From a virus (taxonomy: Duplodnaviria; Heunggongvirae; Uroviricota; Caudoviricetes): DNA of 37,764 nt. The stretch lies in the IMG/VR virus record IMGVR_UViG_2883489344_000002; one strand, 5' to 3'. Below the pieces are notes generated by a model, which saw only the letters and a program-made list of their open reading frames with translations, made no database searches and was not told the origin of the DNA. Position numbers and translations under genes: made by a program. Below, in pieces: positions 31,887 through 37,764 of the stretch. Within the stretch, counting starts at the first letter, position 1. Each line of letters starts with the position of its first letter.

Positions 31887-34800
31887 TCAGCTATTGGCCA
31901 CATTGGCCATTAAGGGATCGTTAATGGAAAGCGGTACGCTATTGCGCGGCGCTGGCTGTGGCGTGTTGGCCTTTGGTGTCTGGTCGCCGGCCTTCTCTGC
32001 CGAATCCTTGGTATGCCCACGGATCTCGTCCAGCGTATCGCTCATTTTCTTTAACAGTGCAGTGGCTTCTTTTGGGAAAGCCGGCTGGCTGTTTGCCACG
32101 TTTACGCTGGGCTGCACGTGGCTGGCCGAAAAGTCTTGCAACATGGGCATTCTGACTGGAATAGCTATGCCCGGTCGGCCAACTGCGGCCGACTTTCTTG
32201 GGCGTGGCGGCGGCGCGCCCCCAAATAAGGATTGCGCCAGGGCGGCAGTGTTTTGGTGTCGCAGGCCTTCGGCATTGCGCACCTTATCTCCGCCCAATTT
32301 TTTGATAACTGGACCCATGAATGAGTTCTCAAGCGGTAGCTTGGCACTGGTGTACAGCGGGGCATTTTTGGCGGTCGCGGTCGCGGTAGCAGCCGCAGAC
32401 GGTTTGGCCGGCGCGGACGCCTTGCCATGCTCGGCATCGTATACCGCCTGGATTTGCTCCTGAAGTGGTGTGGCCGGCGCGGTCGGCGCGGACGCCTTAC
32501 CCTGCTCGGCATCGCGCACCCGCTGGATCTGCTCCTGAAGTGGTGTAGCCGGCGCGGCCGGCGCGGACGCCTTGCCATGCTCGGCATCGTATACCGCCTG
32601 GATTTGCTCCTGAAGTGGTGTGGCCGGCGCGGCCGGCGCGGACGCCTTACCCTGCTCGGCATCGCGCACCCGCTGGATCTGCTCCTGAAGTGGTGTAGTC
32701 GGTGCGGCCGGTGCGGACGCCCTGCCATGCTCGGCATCGTATACCGCCTGGATTTGCTCCAGAAGTGGTGTGGCCGGCGCGGTCGGCGCGGATGCCTTGC
32801 CCTGCTCTGCGTCGTGCACTGCCTGGATCTGTGCCTGGAGCGGTGTCAGTGGCGTGTTTGTGGCCGTATCCTGCTGTTGCGCCTCATGGGGCGGCTTTTT
32901 GGCCGCCTGGGCATGTTGGATAACCTCCCCACCGGCGGCCGGGGGAACGTTGGCTAAGTTAGCCAATGAGGAACCATCACCGACTGACTTGCCGTGCACC
33001 GATGCCAGCCCTGAGAATTGAGCATCCTTGGTAATCGCTGCCTTGCCCAGCTCATGGCGCTTTTGGTTGATAATGCTTAACGTAGAGTCGTTAAATTCAC
33101 CGACCCATTTGCCAGGCTGGCCATTCTTGCCCTCATGGTATTGGCCGATCGAATTTTGGATGTAGGCATCCTTAACCTGCGGGTCACCCCCCTCAGCCTG
33201 GGTGATGGCGCGCATAAGCTTTGTCATCACCTCTGGATTTTTCATATCCAGCTTGTCGTTCACCCCAACATTCAAGTCCTTCGACAACTTGGCCATGTAC
33301 CGCTGGGTATCGTTCTCCGTTGCTGGCGCAAAGTTTGGGAAAATCTCGCCAATAGTCTGGAGCTTTTTGTTACCCACAACTTTGGAGGTGCCCTCAGAAT
33401 AGCTGGTGAGCTGGTTGGCCAGCGCCCGGAATCCTTCTTCCGGCGTATCAAAGCGGGCAAAGCGGCGCTCCCCATTGGCGTTGGCGTTCTCCAGGCGCGC
33501 GCCTTCCTGCCCAGCATATTGCAGGTTGCCAAAATTATTGTTTCGGAAGTTACGGTTTGCCGCGTTGCTGCCACCAATGTTCAGCTCAGGGCTAACGTTA
33601 TCTGTCTCAGGCTGGGTAAAACGGGCATAGGTGCGGGCACCAAAGCTTTCTGCCTGCGAAGCCGCTTCGCTTCCCATCTCGCCCACTTTCTCAAAGAAGT
33701 CCCCTGACCCCACAGCTTTCGCCAGGTCACCTACTGCTTTCGTGGTCGCGTTAGCGCCGGCCTCAATGGCTTTGATAACTTGGTCAGTGCGGTCTTCAGC
33801 GGCCTGTTCCGGGAGGTTGCTTGCCACCGCGCCAGCAGCACCTGCCATGCCTGCAACACTGCCGATACCCAGCGCACCGCCGGCTTTGGAGGCCAGGGTT
33901 TTGGCCGCTGTTACCTTACTGTCTAGCCCGCGCGCAATATCGCCCGTGTTGAATGTTAGCGCCTTTGCCGCCCCGTCCCAGCCCATGGCCGATGCGCCCT
34001 TAGCCAGCAGACCCGCACCGCCAGAGACCAGGCCGCCCATATCCAGGACATTGGCGGCCGTAAATTCGGCCTTTTGCCGCTTGCTGGCCTCCTGGCCTTC
34101 TTTGAGCTTAAAGGCGTCCGCCTGGCCTTCCTTATCCCTCCAGCCTGTTACCGCGTCATAGCCGGCACCAAGGACTTGCCCTACTACCGGCACTGCCCGG
34201 AGCGCGGTTTTCGCTGCCGTTTTGGCCGCCAATTTGGCCGCTACTTTTTTTTCACCCTTTTCTGCCACGCCCTCAGCCGCTGCGACTACCTCTTTACCCG
34301 CAGTTTTTTCAACCCCTTCCCCTACTGGCTTCAGCTTGCCCGGCTCTTCAGCCGGTGCTGCATTGGGTTTGCTTTTAGTTGACTCGGTGCTTGAGGTTTT
34401 AGGCTTGTCTTTTTCAGGACGCTTTTCAGACCGATCGCCAGCCGCCTCCTCGGCTGCTCCTGCGGCAGCGGAAGGTTTACCGGAACTCTTGCCTGTTTTG
34501 GCAGCCTTACGGGCTTCACGTCGCGCGCGACGTGCCTCACGGCGCTCCTTGCGGGTCATCTTGCGCTTTTTCTTGCCGTCATGCCCTTCGGGCAGATCGC
34601 ACCCGCAATCATCACCGCCACCCAGCCCGCCCAAGCCATGGCCAGGCTTTTTCTTGCGGCCTGGAATAAGCTTCGTCAGTGCGCCAAGGCCAAGGCCTGT
34701 CAGCAGCCCGCCCAGCAGCTTTTTGCCAAGCTTGGCCAGGGCAGCGCCGCCCAGCAATGCCCAAATACCACCGCCACCTTTCGAGCCGTGATGTTGCTTT

Positions 34801-35855
34801 AGCAGCTCGTCAAGGCGATCGACAATCTCCCCATCACCCTTCTGGATGATGTCAGTTTGGTGCTGTACTGCCTGGCGTTGTTCGCGTTGCTCATTACGCG
34901 CGATGACGCTCGCGGAGCTGTCTTTGGTCTTGCCGGCGCGGCTGAAAGCGCGATTAAGCAGCCCAGGCCGCTTGGCTGGACTTGTCGTTTCAGCCTCTTT
35001 CTTATCGGATTTGAGCACATCACGCATTTTTTTGACGGCACCATGCCCGCCTGTCACGACGCCTTTTGTACCGCCATAGATCTCGCGGCCAGCTCGCCAG
35101 AAGGATCCGCCCGTCGCCACACCGGCGGCGTCAGTGCCATCGGCATCCATGGGATCACCGGCATCAGAAAGCATTTTGACGATGCGTGTTAACACCGCGT
35201 TGTTCTTTTTATCCTGCGCCCCTTGATTGCGCGCGCGCTGTTCGTCACGGTTCTGCTGTGCTTTATCTCCTGACGTAAACCGCCCGTTAGCGCCGCGTGC
35301 TTGCCCACCTGCTGGTGATGACGCGCGCAACTGGGCAAGCGCAGCATCGCGGTCTTGCCCAGTGTTTACATTTCTGTCGTTATTTTGGTTACCAAATTTA
35401 CCGCTATTGGATGCCTTTTTGTTTGCATTAGGTTCCCTATTGGTCTCACGTTTATCTGATGCATTTTGTTTGCTTTTAGGTTTCCCATTAGCCTCATTTT
35501 GGTTACCAAAGTTACGCCTAACAGTCTGTGAATTAGGTGGTGCGCTTTTATTGTCATTTTGGTTACCAAAATAACCGCTTTTTTGTGTACTTTTGGTGGC
35601 GTTTTGGTTTGCACTATTTTTGGCTTTGAGCCTGTTCAATCGCTCTTGCTCACGTGCCTCTTTACGTTCTTGGGCGCGTAAAGCGGATCGGGGAGCAGAT
35701 GAAGATGAGACAGATTGCCCAGCTGGTGACTGGGACAAACCATCAAGCTTGCGCTCAATTTTGCCCAGGGCTGCCAGCTCTTTCGAGCTGGCGTTATCTA
35801 CCGAGTCGATGACTGCGGAAAAGACCAGGGCGTTTTTATCGTTTTGTTCGGCCAC
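31887..35855 (-). CDS. sit: P1 Sit-like tape measure/injection protein with a putative peptidoglycan hydrolase domain
   Basis: 1322 aa, Ala/Gly/Lys-rich, between pmgB and pmgA; RNFRNNNFGNL...FARFDTPEEG...APATENDT domain near 33180-33570. Confidence 0.88.
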   Translation of the reverse strand: MAEQNDKNALVFSAVIDSVDNASSKELAALGKIERKLDGLSQSPAGQSVSSSSAPRSALRAQERKEAREQERLNRLKAKNSANQNATKSTQKSGYFGNQNDNKSAPPNSQTVRRNFGNQNEANGKPKSKQNASDKRETNREPNANKKASNSGKFGNQNNDRNVNTGQDRDAALAQLRASSPAGGQARGANGRFTSGDKAQQNRDEQRARNQGAQDKKNNAVLTRIVKMLSDAGDPMDADGTDAAGVATGGSFWRAGREIYGGTKGVVTGGHGAVKKMRDVLKSDKKEAETTSPAKRPGLLNRAFSRAGKTKDSSASVIARNEQREQRQAVQHQTDIIQKGDGEIVDRLDELLKQHHGSKGGGGIWALLGGAALAKLGKKLLGGLLTGLGLGALTKLIPGRKKKPGHGLGGLGGGDDCGCDLPEGHDGKKKRKMTRKERREARRARREARKAAKTGKSSGKPSAAAGAAEEAAGDRSEKRPEKDKPKTSSTESTKSKPNAAPAEEPGKLKPVGEGVEKTAGKEVVAAAEGVAEKGEKKVAAKLAAKTAAKTALRAVPVVGQVLGAGYDAVTGWRDKEGQADAFKLKEGQEASKRQKAEFTAANVLDMGGLVSGGAGLLAKGASAMGWDGAAKALTFNTGDIARGLDSKVTAAKTLASKAGGALGIGSVAGMAGAAGAVASNLPEQAAEDRTDQVIKAIEAGANATTKAVGDLAKAVGSGDFFEKVGEMGSEAASQAESFGARTYARFTQPETDNVSPELNIGGSNAANRNFRNNNFGNLQYAGQEGARLENANANGERRFARFDTPEEGFRALANQLTSYSEGTSKVVGNKKLQTIGEIFPNFAPATENDTQRYMAKLSKDLNVGVNDKLDMKNPEVMTKLMRAITQAEGGDPQVKDAYIQNSIGQYHEGKNGQPGKWVGEFNDSTLSIINQKRHELGKAAITKDAQFSGLASVHGKSVGDGSSLANLANVPPAAGGEVIQHAQAAKKPPHEAQQQDTATNTPLTPLQAQIQAVHDAEQGKASAPTAPATPLLEQIQAVYDAEHGRASAPAAPTTPLQEQIQRVRDAEQGKASAPAAPATPLQEQIQAVYDAEHGKASAPAAPATPLQEQIQRVRDAEQGKASAPTAPATPLQEQIQAVYDAEHGKASAPAKPSAAATATATAKNAPLYTSAKLPLENSFMGPVIKKLGGDKVRNAEGLRHQNTAALAQSLFGGAPPPRPRKSAAVGRPGIAIPVRMPMLQDFSASHVQPSVNVANSQPAFPKEATALLKKMSDTLDEIRGHTKDSAEKAGDQTPKANTPQPAPRNSVPLSINDPLMANVANS
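32409..32846 (-). repeat. Tandem 75-bp (25-aa) repeats in sit, about six units
   Basis: xAPATPLQEQIQ(AVY/RVR)DAE(H/Q)GKASAP with alternating variants. Confidence 0.95.
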
Positions 35856-35946
35856 TCAGGATTACCTAGTTTTGGTTTTTGTTTTGAGCTTTTCAGCTAG
35901 GGCGTTGTTAAGGTCGAGGGCGAAATCGACGGGCAGGCGGCCAATG

Positions 35947-36840
35947 TCAGAGATCGGCTGACCACCATACAAGGCCAGATTGAAAACTAAGGTTTGCAAG
36001 CGATCCGGTGCCAAGGTCTGGAATGAATTGCTGATTCCGAAAGGGCACCAGCAGGCGCGTAGATGGGCGCACTGCTTCCTCCTTAAACTTGTCAGCGCGG
36101 CAGTAATGAGGTGGCAGCAAAATGGTGCTCAGGCCTTTCTCATGGGCAATGTTCAGACCATGGCGTAGGGTGGCCTGCATATCTGCGACATAGTTCGTCA
36201 GCGCCAGCAGCTCAGTGCCCAGATCCATTTTGCTGATCAGGTTGTAACGGATTTGGGCTGCCTTATCAGGATCCTGTTCTGTATCGCCCACCAGCCGCAG
36301 TTGGTAGGCCAGCTCCCATACCAGCAAGTTTTTGACTTCTCGCTCATACGCCCGCGCGCGATCAATATCTCCTCCGCGTGGCGGCAAGCAGGCGCGCAGG
36401 CGCTCCAGCTGCTCTACGGCATGGCCATTGAGCGGCATTGCCACAAACTCATGCGGTTCACCCTGTACGTTAAGCGTCGCGGCCGGCATCTCAGCAGGGC
36501 AGGCCAGCACCTCTAGCTCCTCCGCCAGCTCGCGCATATCGCAGTCATGCCAATGCTCCTCGCCGCAGTGCGCACAGTCGTAGTTAAACGAAATGGTGGC
36601 GTCCTTGCGGGAGTTGATGAAGATCCACCACAGCGCTGTGCGGCGGTCTTGGGTTGTCCACGTCTTTGAGTCGCTGAAGGAGTCAGCTAACTGGAGCTTG
36701 TTCAGGTACTCCGTTGTGTCAGCCTCCTCAGTTTCTGGCCGCGCCTTGCAGAAGTAGGTGGCCATCTCCACATTGGGAGCCTGAAACTGCACCACCGTGT
36801 CAGGGCGCGAGGGCAGCGGAAAATAGGGGATCAAAAACAT
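35947..36840 (-). CDS. pmgB: P1 PmgB-like morphogenetic protein
   Basis: FPLPSRP, TWTTQDRRTALWWIF, CAHCGEEH and LLVPFR. Confidence 0.92.
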   Translation of the reverse strand: MFLIPYFPLPSRPDTVVQFQAPNVEMATYFCKARPETEEADTTEYLNKLQLADSFSDSKTWTTQDRRTALWWIFINSRKDATISFNYDCAHCGEEHWHDCDMRELAEELEVLACPAEMPAATLNVQGEPHEFVAMPLNGHAVEQLERLRACLPPRGGDIDRARAYEREVKNLLVWELAYQLRLVGDTEQDPDKAAQIRYNLISKMDLGTELLALTNYVADMQATLRHGLNIAHEKGLSTILLPPHYCRADKFKEEAVRPSTRLLVPFRNQQFIPDLGTGSLANLSFQSGLVWWSADL

Positions 36841-36853
36841 ACTTCACCTGTAT

Positions 36854-37438
36854 TTAGAGGGGGATGTAGTCACCGAATGTCTTCCACTGCACAAAGGACA
36901 GCGGGAAGGTAAGGAACTCAGTTACCTGATCTTTGGATTGGGTGATCGCGCCCATTTCTGTCGGGATTACCGTAAATTCAGAGTCAAGGATGGGGACGGC
37001 GGTCGCTTCCAGGCGGTAAACGCGCAGCGTCATCAGGTATGCGCCCGGGAGGTTAATCGTGCCGTCATCATTGACGACATTGCGGATGCACTCGCGGAAC
37101 CATTGGCGGATCAGGCCTTGGTTGGTATCGCGTACCATCATCGTAATGGGCTGTGCGCTGCGGCCGACTGGCATGTTAAAAACATTGGCACCAATGCGCT
37201 TTTCTTCGGTCTCTATCGTGTACTCGCCATAGGTAATGTCCTTGACGAAAAACTCGATGCCGGCCATCCCATCGACCTCTACGGCGAACTGCCAGCCCTG
37301 GGCAAACAGGATTTTATTGAGCGCCGCAGAGGTGAGGCGGCCAATCACTGGCTCACCGAGGCCAGTAGCCATCATGAAGGAGGGGAGCGCGCTGGCGACC
37401 GATTTGGCGGCCTGGGTCAGAAGATCGGATACAGCCAT
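36854..37438 (-). CDS. tub: P1 Tub-like tail-tube-fold protein
   Basis: LFAQGWQFAVEVDG, ITMMVRDT and DQVTEFLTFP. Confidence 0.9.
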   Translation of the reverse strand: MAVSDLLTQAAKSVASALPSFMMATGLGEPVIGRLTSAALNKILFAQGWQFAVEVDGMAGIEFFVKDITYGEYTIETEEKRIGANVFNMPVGRSAQPITMMVRDTNQGLIRQWFRECIRNVVNDDGTINLPGAYLMTLRVYRLEATAVPILDSEFTVIPTEMGAITQSKDQVTEFLTFPLSFVQWKTFGDYIPL

Positions 37439-37440
37439 GA

Positions 37441-37764
37441 TTACACCTTTCCAACGGCTGAATAGATGGCCACCGCGCGCGGGATCGCGCCACGGGCTGC
37501 CATGTCCTGCTCCAGCTCGATTTTACGCTGATAAAGCGAGGCCTCATCTGGCAGGTTGGACACATCCATTTTCTGGGCGATATAGGCACGGCGTACCCTG
37601 TCCATATTGGGGATGGCAATCAGTGCCTCGAGGTAGTTTTGCAAAATCCCCCGGATGGTTCGCGGCACGGTGCCCGCATCCAGATCCAGCGCGGTGAGGT
37701 CTTGCAGGTACTCTACAGTCAGCGGGTAGCGAAGCCCCGGGTTTGACTCAATCTCAATCACGCC
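37441..37764 (-). CDS. pmgC: P1 PmgC-like protein, 5' part outside the window
   Basis: YLEALIAIPN...KMDVSNLPD resembles the P1 PmgC C-terminus; syntenic. Confidence 0.7.
   Translation of the reverse strand, partial: GVIEIESNPGLRYPLTVEYLQDLTALDLDAGTVPRTIRGILQNYLEALIAIPNMDRVRRAYIAQKMDVSNLPDEASLYQRKIELEQDMAARGAIPRAVAIYSAVGKV

Noticed and set aside
31711-37697. Long plus-strand ORFs opposite sit, pmgB and tub (e.g. 31711..32463, 33135..33707, 36938..37465) and similar ones opposite darA and S
   Set aside because: Shadow frames of GC-rich genes with no motifs or ribosome-binding sites.

Overview
This window is about 38 kb of a P1-like phage-plasmid. The P1 morphogenesis and antirestriction backbone is recognisable and in P1 order: darB fragment, prt, pro, endolysin, hxr, ddrB, ddrA, darA, hdf, lydB, lydA, tail-fibre chaperone, S, R, 16, bplA, pmgA, sit, pmgB, tub, partial pmgC. 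Two accessory blocks interrupt it. (1) 1-5.1 kb replaces most of darB. It holds cargo genes (a membrane-anchored PRTase plus DprA-like pair resembling ShosTA/DprA-PRTase defence, and a VOC protein), each bracketed in a polar way by a family of 24-bp palindromic sites, which suggests a non-integron cassette array. (2) 8.7-17.85 kb lies between pro and the endolysin. It holds an Acb2 anti-CBASS sponge; a RepL-like lytic initiator with a predicted ~55-nt antisense RNA over its 5' region and a FinO/ProQ gene directly behind it; HigBA, two orphan antitoxins and HicAB; a type Ib-like ParA/RHH pair; and an iteron-controlled RepFIB/P1-family replicon. Four genes are split by single-base losses in G/C homopolymers, probably sequencing or assembly errors. 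No rRNA, tRNA, CRISPR, integrase or transposase was seen. Family assignments come from recalled motifs and synteny, not from database searches, and the host cannot be determined from this window.
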